Origin: an uncultured Clostridium sp.
GTDB taxonomy: Bacteria; Bacillota; Clostridia; TANB77; CAG-508
Assembly (NCBI GenBank): GCA_947165355.1
Contig: CAMUZZ010000002.1
Location: forward strand, 519-64,518
Length of the DNA stretch: 64,000 bases
Reading direction: 5' to 3'
Positions within the stretch are counted from its first letter, which is position 1. Each line of letters opens with the position of its first letter. The notes under the pieces are model-generated. The model made no database searches, was not told where the DNA came from, and worked only from the letters and a program-made list of their open reading frames with translations. Made by a program: the position numbers and the translations under genes. Of the stretch, positions 1-9,699 are shown one piece after another.

Positions 1-444
1 TTCTCTCATTGCAATAAAATTATTTAAAGCTTCATCTAAACATTCTAGTAATTCGCTTAATATTTCATCATTTTCTCCGTCATCTGCTTTTAACTGTAAT
101 ACATCTGGCATTTTTGAAATATCTATTGCTCTTAAATTTGCTTCTAATCCTTCTTCCTCAGCTAGCTCTTTTAATTGTTTAATATATATTTTTGCTAAGT
201 CTTTGTTTATGCATACGTTTTTCTCATCAGCAGAATAATTTGCATAATCTATAAAAATGTCAATTTTTCCTCTTGAAACTTTTTGTGAGACATATTTCTT
301 AATTTCATTTTCATAAAAGCTTATGCTTCTAGGAAGTCTAACACTTATATCGCAATACCTATGATTAACCGATTTTATTTCTATGCTATATGTTCGTCCA
401 TTCTTTTCGAGTTTGCTTTTCCCGAATCCTGTCATACTTTTCAT
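1..444 (-). CDS. yloC: YicC/YloC-family protein, N-terminal part (3' end runs off the window)
   Basis: Not in the ORF track because it is truncated. Reverse translation from the ATG at 444-442 gives MKSMTGFGKSKLEKNGRTYSIEIKSVNHRYCDISVRLPRS, the YicC-type N-terminus. SD AAAGGAG lies 8 nt upstream. Confidence 0.75.
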   Translation of the reverse strand, partial: MKSMTGFGKSKLEKNGRTYSIEIKSVNHRYCDISVRLPRSISFYENEIKKYVSQKVSRGKIDIFIDYANYSADEKNVCINKDLAKIYIKQLKELAEEEGLEANLRAIDISKMPDVLQLKADDGENDEILSELLECLDEALNNFIAMRE

Positions 445-457
445 TTATTTAGCTCCT

Positions 458-1795
458 TTATTCATCATCATCGTCATCTATATTAAATTCATTATCTGTT
501 TCTTCGTTTACTATACTTTCCTGTAATCTTAAGTATTTTGTTTGCTTTTTGTAGAATACAACTCCTAGCTTAATTATGTAATATCCCACTATTATAATAA
601 GTGCACTTACTATAATCTTTATAAAATTGTGGTTATATATTTGGTATATGTATGGTAATGCTAAATTAAATATTCCCATAACCAAAGTTTCTATTCCAGA
701 TAAACAGATTTGCGAATCATCTTTTTTGTATGAGACTTCAAATAAGAATATTGAAATTCCTAAAAAAACAAATGATAAAACATCTAAAATAACTATAAAT
801 TTAGGACCTGCAATTTTGTAAAATCCGAATATATTAAATAGTAAAAATATAACGTATCCAACTACATATATAACGCTCATTGATGAAGTTTTAAATAGTT
901 TGGTAAAATCATCTTTTGGAATAGAATTTTTTCTTTTTATTTCTTCATCTATTTCACTTAGATGAGATGCATTTAGCTCTGCTGCTTCTTCGTTTGCTTT
1001 ATTGCTCTCTTCTTCCATGTTCTCAGTAGCTTCTTCTTTTACTTCTTCTGGTTTTTCTTTTTTACTTTTTTTGTTAGATTTAATTTTTATCTTTGTTGAT
1101 TTTTCATCGCTTGCTTTAGAAACATCGTCTGCTGATTTCTTTTTACTACCAGGCGCTTTCTTTTCAGATTTGTTGTCTGTGTTTTTTGACGAGCTATTTG
1201 TTTTTTGGGTTGTTTTTTTAGCCGCTGCGTCATTCTTAGTTTCCTTCTTTTTAGCATCTTCTTTGGCTGTTTCTTTATTTATTTTTTTATCTGAAGTCTT
1301 CTTTTCATCAACCTGTTTATTTACTGTTTTCTTTTCTGTTTTTGCATCTACAGCCTTCTTGTTCTCTTTTAGTTCATTTTTTTGCTTACTAACACTTTTC
1401 TCTGACTTTGAATTTATAACATTGCTTGATGATTTTTTCTCTGAATTTGATTCTTTTACCTTATCTGATGCTTTTTTTTCTGCTGAATTTTGCACATTAT
1501 TGGAAGTAATTTTTGTAGATGTTTTATTCTCTTTTTTACTATTTTTTTCAACTTGGGCTTTTTTTGTTGTATCAGTTTTAGTCTTTTTCTTTTCATCTAC
1601 TCCATCTTTTGAAACATTAGCTTTATTCTTTGGATTGCTTTCCTTTTTGGCTACAACCTCTTTTTCATTTTTTACTACCTTTTTATTTGAAGTGCTCTTG
1701 CTTGTTGAAGATGCTGCACTTTTATTATTATTCTTTTTATTTACTTTTTCTTCTACTTTTTTACTATTTTTCTTTATAACTTCATCTTCTTTCAA
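458..1795 (-). CDS. Lys/Ser/Glu-rich low-complexity protein with C-terminal multi-TM anchor and acidic DDDDDE tail
   Basis: 445-aa ORF abutting the rsmE stop. About 300 aa are K/S/E/N-rich, followed by hydrophobic segments (VIYVVGYVIFLLFNIFGF, FVFLGISIFLF, IIVSALIIIVGYYII). No family recognised. Confidence 0.5.
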   Translation of the reverse strand: MKEDEVIKKNSKKVEEKVNKKNNNKSAASSTSKSTSNKKVVKNEKEVVAKKESNPKNKANVSKDGVDEKKKTKTDTTKKAQVEKNSKKENKTSTKITSNNVQNSAEKKASDKVKESNSEKKSSSNVINSKSEKSVSKQKNELKENKKAVDAKTEKKTVNKQVDEKKTSDKKINKETAKEDAKKKETKNDAAAKKTTQKTNSSSKNTDNKSEKKAPGSKKKSADDVSKASDEKSTKIKIKSNKKSKKEKPEEVKEEATENMEEESNKANEEAAELNASHLSEIDEEIKRKNSIPKDDFTKLFKTSSMSVIYVVGYVIFLLFNIFGFYKIAGPKFIVILDVLSFVFLGISIFLFEVSYKKDDSQICLSGIETLVMGIFNLALPYIYQIYNHNFIKIIVSALIIIVGYYIIKLGVVFYKKQTKYLRLQESIVNEETDNEFNIDDDDDE

Positions 1796-2551
1796 TTAAA
1801 TACAACCCCCAAACTCATACATAATAACACTTGTCATTGCCAAAGCTACTGTTTCTGTTCTAAGTATTCTTTTTCCTAACGTAACTATTTTTGCACCAGA
1901 TAATTTGAGTAGCTCTATTTCATGCTCTTCAAATCCACCTTCTGGACCAATTACAATACCTATTGAAATGTTTTCGTTACTCGATTCTTTTAAATCGTTT
2001 AATACACTATTAAATGAATTGTTTTCTTCCTTTTCATATGGAACAATTAGAACGTTATATTTGTTTATACTATTACAAAGATCTTTAACTTTAATACAAT
2101 TATTGATTTTTGGTATTATGTCTCTTCCAGATTGCTTTGCTGCAACCTCTGATATTTTCTGCCATCTTTCAATTTTCTTTTTTTCATCTTTTCCTGTGAT
2201 AATTGAAACGCACCTTTCCATTTGTACCGGTGTTATTTCCTTTACCCCTAGTTCAACCGATTTTTGTATTATTAACTCCATCTTGTCTGACTTAGGTACC
2301 CCTTGGAATATTGTTATACTAATTTTAGATTCCGCTTCCGATTCAATTTTTTCTAGTATTTTACACTTTATGCTTTCTTTTTGTATTTCGAATATTTCAG
2401 CAGAATAATTTGATGAATCATCTATATTACAAACATGTACTGAGTCTCCTATCTTAGCTCTTAATACGTTTGATATATGTTTTACATCTTCACCTAAAAT
2501 TGTAATTACTTCATTTTCTATTTGATTACTTTTTATAAAAAACTTTGGCAT
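1796..2551 (-). CDS. rsmE: 16S rRNA (uracil1498-N3)-methyltransferase RsmE
   Basis: MPKFFIKSNQI start is typical of RsmE. The C-terminal GPEGGFEEHEIELL...ILRTETVAL motif is present. Start moved to the internal Met at 2551. Confidence 0.85.
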   Translation of the reverse strand: MPKFFIKSNQIENEVITILGEDVKHISNVLRAKIGDSVHVCNIDDSSNYSAEIFEIQKESIKCKILEKIESEAESKISITIFQGVPKSDKMELIIQKSVELGVKEITPVQMERCVSIITGKDEKKKIERWQKISEVAAKQSGRDIIPKINNCIKVKDLCNSINKYNVLIVPYEKEENNSFNSVLNDLKESSNENISIGIVIGPEGGFEEHEIELLKLSGAKIVTLGKRILRTETVALAMTSVIMYEFGGCI

Positions 2552-2706
2552 AAATATCTCTTTTCTCTTATTTTCGTACAGTATTTTATCATATTTTACC
2601 GTTTTCTGTAAATAGTAAACCATAAAATATGTAAACAAATCAAACAAAAGAAAAAGAGCCCTTGGCTCCTTAATTCTTATCTATACCAATTATTGCTTCT
2701 GGCTCT

Positions 2707-3636
2707 TTAATTTCTAACTGCATCTATGATTGCTTCTGCATCAATTTTAAAATACTTTAATAGCTCTTCTGCTTTACCAGACTTTCCAAAGCTGTCATTT
2801 AATCCAAGTCTTGTAAGCTTTTTAGGATAGTTATCTGTTAATACCTCTGAAATAGCAGATCCTAATCCACAAGCTATACTATGATCCTCTACAGAAATTA
2901 ATTTATTTGTTTCCTCTGCACACTTTATTATGGTTTCTTTGTCAATTGGTTTAATAGAACACATATCAACAACACTCACGTTTATTCCTTCTTTTTCAAG
3001 TATTTCTTTCGCTTTAAGTGCTTCTGAAACTGTTATTCCTGTAGCAAATATCGTAGCATCCGTTCCAGTTCCATGTACAATTGATTTTCCAATTTCGAAC
3101 TTTTGATTTTCATCGTATATTGCTGAGGATTTTAGTCTACAAAGTCTAACGTATGCAGGACCTTCCATATTTGATATTTCATTTATTATCCATCTTGTTT
3201 GGGCATCATCTGATGGAGAAAAAACTTTCATATTTGGAAGTGCTCTCATCATTCCTAAATCCTCTAGCATTTGATGGCTAGCTCCATCTTCCCCAACTGT
3301 AACACCCGCATGTGTTGCACATATTTTAACGTTTAAGTTAGGATAGCATATGCTATTTCGTACTTGGTCATATGCTCTTCCAGCAGCAAAAACCGCAAAC
3401 GTGCTTACGTATGGAATTTTACCACATGTTGCAAATCCTGCAGCAGTTCCCATTAAATCTTGTTCAGCTATACCTACATCAAAAAATCTATTTGGAAATT
3501 TAGATGCAAAAATATTTGTTTTAGTTGCTGTAGACAAATCTGCATCTAGTACAACTATCTTACTATTTAATTCACCTATTTTAGCAAGTTCTTCTCCATA
3601 ACTTTGTCTTGTTGCAATTTTTTTATTTTCATCCAT
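2707..3636 (-). CDS. Transketolase, C-terminal subunit (split tkt)
   Basis: 309 aa with FFDVGIAEQDLMGTAAGFA and GASHQMLEDLGMMRALPNM, the pyrimidine-binding and C-terminal domains of transketolase. Confidence 0.9.
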   Translation of the reverse strand: MDENKKIATRQSYGEELAKIGELNSKIVVLDADLSTATKTNIFASKFPNRFFDVGIAEQDLMGTAAGFATCGKIPYVSTFAVFAAGRAYDQVRNSICYPNLNVKICATHAGVTVGEDGASHQMLEDLGMMRALPNMKVFSPSDDAQTRWIINEISNMEGPAYVRLCRLKSSAIYDENQKFEIGKSIVHGTGTDATIFATGITVSEALKAKEILEKEGINVSVVDMCSIKPIDKETIIKCAEETNKLISVEDHSIACGLGSAISEVLTDNYPKKLTRLGLNDSFGKSGKAEELLKYFKIDAEAIIDAVRN

Positions 3637-3655
3637 AATAACTCTCCTTATTTAT

Positions 3656-3693
3656 GTTTACTTTAATTTTTTGCTCCGTCCCCATTATTTAAG
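3656..3693 (-). repeat. Copy R1 of dispersed GGGGACGG-core repeat
   Basis: Minus strand reads CTTAAATAATGGGGACGGAGCAAAAAATTAAAGTAAAC. It overlaps the last 6 codons and stop of the tkt N-subunit and ends just 5' of the SD of the tkt C-subunit. Confidence 0.7.
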
Positions 3694-4502
3694 TCATTTA
3701 ATGCTTGATTGTACTCTTCTTCATTTGGCGCTTTTCCGTGCCATTCAGCTTTGTCTTCCATATAAGAAACACCTTTTCCTTTTGTTGTAATTGCAACAAT
3801 GGCTGTTGGTTTTCCCTTAACTGTTTTTGCTTTGTTAAAAGCTTTAATTAAGTCTTTTATTTTATTTCCGTTTACTGAAATTACGTTAAATCCAAAACTT
3901 TCGAACTTTTCTTCAATTTTATTTAAACCTTTAACTTCTTCAATTGAACCATCTATTTGTAAATTATTATTATCTACTACTACACATAAGTTGTCTAATT
4001 TGTATTTACTTGATGTCATTGCTGCTTCCCATACCTGGCCCTCTTCAATTTCACCATCACCTAAAATGCAATAAACTCTATATCCTAAGCCCTCCATTTT
4101 AGAATTAAGAGCCATACCGTTAGCTACAGATAATCCTTGTCCTAGTGATCCACTCGACATATCAACGCCAGGTACTTTATTTAAATCGGGATGACCCTGT
4201 AGAAAGCTATCTATTTTTCTAAAACTATTTAGTTCTGATTTATCAAAATATCCTCTTTGTGCAAGCACTGAATAAAGTGCTGGACAACAATGACCTTTTG
4301 ATAATATAAGTCTATCTCTAGATTCATCTTTTGGTTTTTCAGGGTTTATATTCATTTGATTAAAATATAATACTGTTAGAATATCTGCAACCGAAAGAGC
4401 TCCCCCTGGATGCCCAGATTGTGCAAAATAAACCTCGTCAATTATATCTTTTCTTACTTGTTTTGCAATATCATTTAGCTCTTGAATATTATCTATTTTC
4501 AT
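3663..4502 (-). CDS. Transketolase, N-terminal (TPP-binding) subunit
   Basis: SGHPGGALSVADIL and GDGEIEEGQVWEAAM motifs. Start set at MKIDNIQEL (4502) behind GGAGGAATCC. The C-terminus GDGAKN is encoded by repeat R1. Confidence 0.9.
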   Translation of the reverse strand: MKIDNIQELNDIAKQVRKDIIDEVYFAQSGHPGGALSVADILTVLYFNQMNINPEKPKDESRDRLILSKGHCCPALYSVLAQRGYFDKSELNSFRKIDSFLQGHPDLNKVPGVDMSSGSLGQGLSVANGMALNSKMEGLGYRVYCILGDGEIEEGQVWEAAMTSSKYKLDNLCVVVDNNNLQIDGSIEEVKGLNKIEEKFESFGFNVISVNGNKIKDLIKAFNKAKTVKGKPTAIVAITTKGKGVSYMEDKAEWHGKAPNEEEYNQALNDLNNGDGAKN

Positions 4503-4726
4503 ATGGATTCCTCCTTGTTTGATTAGCCAAAAATATAAGCTAACCTTCTGCTTTATTTTTATCAATATTTCATATTTTTAGCAATATGTTTTTGTAAATA
4601 ATTAATGAAATTTTTCGTTTTTAATTATATATTTGCTCTTACATTCAACATAAAAACAATCAACAAATTTTGTAAATTAATTGATATTATTACATTTTTA
4701 ATGTATAATAAATAATAGTTGAATAC

Positions 4727-5081
4727 GGGGGTGTAACGGTTTCGACAGTAATTTAGAAGTATAAATAGCGAGTAGTGGATGGTTGCTTCGGCCACTATAA
4801 AAAAGCAAAATAAATATAAACGCTGATAATACAGAATTAGCATACGCTGCCTAATTGCAGCGACGTCTTATCTTTAATGCCCACGTTTTAGAATAAGGCG
4901 ACGAATTTAGTGGGAAACGAAACTATTTCTTGCTATGGAAATAGCGGGTATTTTATAGCTACTCTATGCTAAGGTTTGTTTGTTAACCATAACTTAGGGG
5001 AATTTTAATAACAAACTGCACTCGGAGAAGTTTATATGGAAGAATTATTGGACAGGAGTTCGATTCTCCTCACCTCCACCA
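4727..5081 (+). ncRNA. ssrA: tmRNA (SsrA)
   Basis: 5' GGGGGTGTAACGGTTTCGACAG and 3' GGACAGGAGTTCGATTCTCCTCACCTCCACCA form the tRNA-like domain. The internal tag frame GCT GAT AAT ACA GAA TTA GCA TAC GCT GCC TAA gives ADNTELAYAA. The track ORF at 4625-4843 on the opposite strand is spurious. Confidence 0.9.
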
Positions 5082-5086
5082 AAAAA

Positions 5087-5115
5087 ACTGTAGACATAGT
5101 AGTCTACAGTTTTTA
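5087..5115. terminator. Bidirectional hairpin terminator (tmRNA / hpf)
   Basis: ACTGTAGAC-ATAGTA-GTCTACAGT, with a T-run on the plus side and an A-run on the other. Confidence 0.7.
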
Positions 5116-5135
5116 TATTGTAATTTTAATATATT

Positions 5136-5666
5136 TTATTCTGGTTCAACTAAACCAAAATTAACTCCATCTTTTAATTTAAATATAACATTAACTTTTT
5201 CTGTTTCAGCATTTACAAATGTTAAGAACATATCTTTTGAATCTTGTAATTCTAATTTAGCATCTTCAACTGCCATTGGTCTTACACTATAATATGTTGT
5301 TTTTAAAACTTCTTTTTCTACCTCATGGCTATCATCGTTAAAACTAATATCTTCTTGAGCTCTAATAGAACCTGAATTTATTTGTTTTTCTTTCTTAGTT
5401 TTTGTTTTTCTAATTTGACCTTCAATAATATCTATATCTTTATCTATAGATGCGTATAGGTCATTTTTCTCTGTTACAGCTCTGTATGAATTTCCATTTA
5501 TATTTGCAGAAATTTCAGCAACTTGATTCTTTCCCTCTGTTTTTATTGTTGCTCTAACATCTATTTCTTCTTCAGTGTATTTTTGTAGTCTTTCACACTT
5601 CTTCTCGATATACTCCTTAATTGCTTCTGTTGCTTTTAATTCTTTACCTGTTATTTTAATGTTCAT
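5136..5666 (-). CDS. hpf: Ribosome hibernation promoting factor (long HPF)
   Basis: MNIKITGKELKATEAIKEYIEKK S30AE-type N-domain plus a C-terminal dimerisation domain. ATG at 5666 lies 8 nt after GGAG. Confidence 0.85.
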   Translation of the reverse strand: MNIKITGKELKATEAIKEYIEKKCERLQKYTEEEIDVRATIKTEGKNQVAEISANINGNSYRAVTEKNDLYASIDKDIDIIEGQIRKTKTKKEKQINSGSIRAQEDISFNDDSHEVEKEVLKTTYYSVRPMAVEDAKLELQDSKDMFLTFVNAETEKVNVIFKLKDGVNFGLVEPE

Positions 5667-5923
5667 AAAAACCACTCCTTCCTAGTATCTTTAGTTTTGT
5701 AATTGCTGTAACTTCATTATATATTGTTTTTTTCATTTTTTCAAGATTTTTCCATCTTTTTTAAATCTTAAAAAGTATCTGGTATTTTTTTAATTTTTAT
5801 TCATAAAATGTAATAATATATTTTTATTCTAATTTACATGATATTTGCGTTACTACTTTACTTATGCAACTCCAATATGATATAATATGTAAACTAGATA
5901 TGTAAATTTGAGGAAGTGAATTT

Positions 5924-6271
5924 ATGGATAAAGAAATTTTTATTTTGAATAAACCAAATGAAATGTATTCAAAAGAAAACATAAATAAATTAATTGTTGA
6001 AATTAATAAGCTTAAAATAAGTAAAAATATGAAAAAATTCTTGTTAGTTGCTTGCCTTAATTTGCTTTCTTCAACGAAAACGCCTAAAGCAATAGAGTAT
6101 CAATTACAAACTTTTAAAAAGCAAGGAAGAATAATTCCAGAAAAAACAAAAAGCAAATATGTAAACAAGTTACTAAGCGAATTAAACGAATTATCTGAAG
6201 CAGATTTTACAACGGAAATAGATAATTTAGTTGAATACATTACTTCGAACGATATAAATATTAAAGCATAA
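5924..6271 (+). CDS. Hypothetical protein
   Basis: 115-aa ORF with SD GAGGAAG and a TGATATAAT promoter upstream. No family recognised. Confidence 0.4.
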   Translation: MDKEIFILNKPNEMYSKENINKLIVEINKLKISKNMKKFLLVACLNLLSSTKTPKAIEYQLQTFKKQGRIIPEKTKSKYVNKLLSELNELSEADFTTEIDNLVEYITSNDINIKA

Positions 6272-6359
6272 ATAGAATATTTTGATATCACTAAAAATAC
6301 TATGCAAAAAAGCAAAAGGCATATATATACCTTTTGCTTTTTTGTATCCTCAAAATTTT

Positions 6360-7226
6360 CTATTTATTGCTCTCTAGCAATTTTAATATGTCTTCTTTTC
6401 TATCCATTATTGCTTTATATCCAATGTCTATACACTTATCTATATCGTCAATAACCATTAAGCTTGTACCTTTTGCATCAATTTCTATTGCTAAATCTGA
6501 TTCTCTTTGACCCTTTTTAACATCTTTGATTGAAAAAATATCAACAGCTCTTAGAATTACGTCAAATATACTTTGATTCTCAACATCATAGTCATCTAGC
6601 TTAAAACTTAATCCAATTACAACATCTGCCCCCATATCTCTAAGAACTTCTGTTGGCAAGTTATCAACAGTTCCACCATCTATGAAATTGTATTTTTCAT
6701 AACGGGATGTTGTAAATATACCTGGGAACGCCATACTTGATCTTATAGCTTTTCCAACTGGAGCATCATATAGATAATCTATTCTGTCATTTTGTAAATT
6801 ATAATTTCTTGACATAAAGATGCATTCTTTTGTTGATATAGTATCAACCGTAGCAACTGCAAAAGGTATTTTTATATCTGACATTGTGTGAACATTTTTA
6901 TCTTCTGCTGCTTTTTGAATTAAGTTTTCAACACGCTCACCTGGAATTAAACCTTGAATTTTAATGCTCTTTTTTGTTAAAAACGTACATGCAGATGATA
7001 CTATAGGCTTTTTAGGAACCTTTACCAATTTCTTATAATTATTATATATTATTGCTCTCATTTCTTCTGGCGTATATCCTAGTGCAAATAGAGAAGCAGC
7101 CATTGAACCAGAGCTTGTTCCAGACAATATGTCTACATTTATTCCTAGTTCGTTAAATGCCTTAACTACACCTATATATGCTACTCCTTTTAAACCACCG
7201 CCTGCAAATGCTACCCCTAATTTCAT
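6360..7226 (-). CDS. Patatin-like phospholipase
   Basis: GGGLKG oxyanion loop, GTSSGS (GxSxG) and IDGG (DGG) motifs. Confidence 0.85.
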   Translation of the reverse strand: MKLGVAFAGGGLKGVAYIGVVKAFNELGINVDILSGTSSGSMAASLFALGYTPEEMRAIIYNNYKKLVKVPKKPIVSSACTFLTKKSIKIQGLIPGERVENLIQKAAEDKNVHTMSDIKIPFAVATVDTISTKECIFMSRNYNLQNDRIDYLYDAPVGKAIRSSMAFPGIFTTSRYEKYNFIDGGTVDNLPTEVLRDMGADVVIGLSFKLDDYDVENQSIFDVILRAVDIFSIKDVKKGQRESDLAIEIDAKGTSLMVIDDIDKCIDIGYKAIMDRKEDILKLLESNK

Positions 7227-7320
7227 TTATTTTACCTCATTTCATTAATTAACATGCATTATTATACTACTTTATTAATTTATTGTCTATAATGGAAAAT
7301 TTATCTATTTACAAATAAAA

Positions 7321-7758
7321 CTACAAGTATTTTTTTAAAGTTTCAACGCTATCTTCTTGCATTACTACAAAATCGTCCAATATCTGTCTAACATTTTGAT
7401 CTAAATGATCATCTTTATTTTGATTTTGAAGTCTTACACCTTCTATTATCCCCATACTAGTTCCCTGTACTAACAATTCTGAAAGCTTTTCATTACTTTG
7501 ATCTTTTATTGTTTTCATTTGTATACCATACCATGTCATTGCTTTATTCATTACATTTGTAGCGTGTGGTTGTTTAATTGAGTATTTGTTATACTCTTTT
7601 TCAACTCTTTGAGATATTTCTTTATACTTTCTGTATTCTCCATCTAAAACCTGTTTAAATGTTTGATCACCAACTTTATCGTAAACAAACAAAATTGCAT
7701 CCATTCCCATTGTTGCACCCCTGTTTATTTCATCTAAAACATTAACATTATTATCCAT
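7321..7758 (-). CDS. Hypothetical helical protein (possibly a ferritin-like/four-helix-bundle type)
   Basis: 145-aa ORF with SD AGGAGG. Family assignment is uncertain. Confidence 0.5.
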   Translation of the reverse strand: MDNNVNVLDEINRGATMGMDAILFVYDKVGDQTFKQVLDGEYRKYKEISQRVEKEYNKYSIKQPHATNVMNKAMTWYGIQMKTIKDQSNEKLSELLVQGTSMGIIEGVRLQNQNKDDHLDQNVRQILDDFVVMQEDSVETLKKYL

Positions 7759-7837
7759 ACTAATCCTCCTAAAATTAATTATTCATAATTAGTATGTTCG
7801 AATATATTTTTTTAATTCAATATTATAAATTTATTTT

Positions 7838-8581
7838 TTAGTACTCTACTTTTACTAAAAATAGCCCACTTGGAGATAGTGTTTTTCCTGCTTTAGTTCT
7901 ATCTTTGTCTTCAATTATTTTTGGTACTGTATCAACATCAATTTTTCCCATACCAACATCAACAAGTGTTCCAGCTATAATTCTTACCATGTTGTACAAA
8001 AATCCATTACCTGTAAGTTCTATGTAAATTCTATTATTTTCCATCTCTTTTATTTCCGCAGAATAAATGGTTCTTACACTTGACTTGCTACTTGTTCCGC
8101 TAGATTTAAAAGCTTTAAAGTCATGCTCTCCTTCAAAATATTTTATTGCTTTTTTCATTGCATCAACGTCTAATTTAACTGGCATATGATACTCAAGATT
8201 TCTGTATATTGCGCTCTCACATTCATTGTTATTTATTACATATCTGTATGTTTTCTTTTTACATGTATATCTACTGTGAAATCTTTCGTCAACTTCCTCA
8301 GCCTTTAAAATTCTAATTGATTTTTTTAATTTTGAATTTAGTGCAAGTGCCCATTTATCTATAGGAATACTCTCATTATCTGTTTTAAAATTTGCTATTT
8401 GACCAAGTGCATGAACACCTGCATCAGTTCTTCCAGATGCAATTAAATCAACCTTTTCTTCCCCAGTTAATTCACATATTGCTCTTTCTATTTCGCCTTG
8501 AATATTTAGTTTTTTAGGTTGTTTTTGCCAACCATTAAAATCTTTGCCATCGTATTCAATTGTTAAACGTATATTTCTCAT
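7838..8581 (-). CDS. truA: tRNA pseudouridine(38-40) synthase TruA
   Basis: MRNIRLTIEYDGKDFNGWQKQ and SGRTDAGVHALGQ motifs. Confidence 0.9.
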   Translation of the reverse strand: MRNIRLTIEYDGKDFNGWQKQPKKLNIQGEIERAICELTGEEKVDLIASGRTDAGVHALGQIANFKTDNESIPIDKWALALNSKLKKSIRILKAEEVDERFHSRYTCKKKTYRYVINNNECESAIYRNLEYHMPVKLDVDAMKKAIKYFEGEHDFKAFKSSGTSSKSSVRTIYSAEIKEMENNRIYIELTGNGFLYNMVRIIAGTLVDVGMGKIDVDTVPKIIEDKDRTKAGKTLSPSGLFLVKVEY

Positions 8582-8606
8582 TATTCCCACCCTTCAATGT
8601 TTCAAT

Positions 8607-8662
8607 GGGGACGGTTCTGTTTGACACACTTTTTTAATTTTTGTGTCAAAAGAACCGTCCCC
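8607..8662. repeat. Inverted pair of GGGGACGG-core repeats forming a ~21-bp hairpin
   Basis: GGGGACGGTTCTGTTTGACACA ... TGTGTCAAAAGAACCGTCCCC lies between the cdaA stop and the truA start. No T-run follows on the transcribed strand. Confidence 0.75.
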
Positions 8663-8670
8663 TATTTTGT

Positions 8671-9588
8671 TTATTCTTCTTTATTACTTTCATTTGTAGA
8701 TTTACGTTTTATTCTACGTCTGATGTTTTTTACACCTCTTGATTTCTCGTTGTATTTTTCAGCAAAATCTTTTAATAATATTTGTTTTAAAGTTTCTTCT
8801 TTAACGTCAACTAATAATCTTCCATTTCTTGCAAGCGAAATCTTTCCAGTCTCTTCTGAAACAACAATTGCAACGCTATCTGATTCTTTTGCAATTCCAA
8901 GAGCTGCTCTATGTCTTGTTCCAAGCTCTCTTGCTATATCTTGATTACTTGCAAGTGGTAAAATACATGCTGCCGCTACTATTTTATTTTCAGAAATAAT
9001 TACCGCACCGTCATGTAATGGCGTGTTTGGTACAAATATATTAACTAATAATTGTGGTGATATTTCTGAGTTTACCACAATTCCAGAATCTATTATATCT
9101 TTAATTTTTATATCTTTTTCAAGAACAATTAAAGCTCCAGTTCTAGTTTTAGCAAGCTCTGTAGCCGCTATTACTATTTTATAAATATCTTCCTTAGTTT
9201 GAACATACTTATCTTTTTCAATTCCTATAAATCTTGTTAACTTGTTAGATCCAAGCTGTTCTAATGCCCTTCTAAGCTCTGGCTGGAATATAACAATTAA
9301 TGCAATTACACCGTATGTTAAGAATTGTCTTAAAAAGTAATTTATTATTGTTAATTGGAAAATTGAGCTAAGTGCGGTTAATATAATGTACAAAAATATT
9401 CCTTTTACAAGTTGCATAGCTCTTGAATTTCTTGATATTTTGAAAAATTTATATATTAAAAATACCACAATTGCTATGTCTATTATGTGTGGAACTAATT
9501 TAATTGGATATTGGTACAATTCGTTTAGATAACTTACTATGTGCTCTTGATAATATGTGTTAATATTTGCTAAAAGATTATTAAACAT
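8671..9588 (-). CDS. cdaA: Diadenylate cyclase CdaA (DisA_N domain, 3 N-terminal TM)
   Basis: GALIVLEKD, LHDGAVII and RHRAALGIAKESDSVAIVVSEETGKISLA motifs. Confidence 0.85.
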   Translation of the reverse strand: MFNNLLANINTYYQEHIVSYLNELYQYPIKLVPHIIDIAIVVFLIYKFFKISRNSRAMQLVKGIFLYIILTALSSIFQLTIINYFLRQFLTYGVIALIVIFQPELRRALEQLGSNKLTRFIGIEKDKYVQTKEDIYKIVIAATELAKTRTGALIVLEKDIKIKDIIDSGIVVNSEISPQLLVNIFVPNTPLHDGAVIISENKIVAAACILPLASNQDIARELGTRHRAALGIAKESDSVAIVVSEETGKISLARNGRLLVDVKEETLKQILLKDFAEKYNEKSRGVKNIRRRIKRKSTNESNKEE

Positions 9589-9699
9589 ACTTTCCCCCCG
9601 TTCAAACTTTACTATCTATAAGTATGGCATTTATTTTTAACTATAAAATAAAATGTGCTTGAAACATCAAGCACTAAGCCATTCTCTTTTGTTTTATAA

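Noticed and set aside
1002-1799. 265-aa plus-strand ORF (F/S/L-rich) antisense to the Lys-rich gene. Similar long antisense ORFs occur at 37700-38263 and 37861-38109 inside sigA.
   Set aside because: These are mirror-image artefacts of AAR/GAR-rich low-complexity coding sequence on the other strand. They have no SD and no plausible protein composition.
4625-4843. 72-aa minus-strand ORF
   Set aside because: It overlaps the 5' domain of the tmRNA gene on the opposite strand and has no SD. It is spurious.
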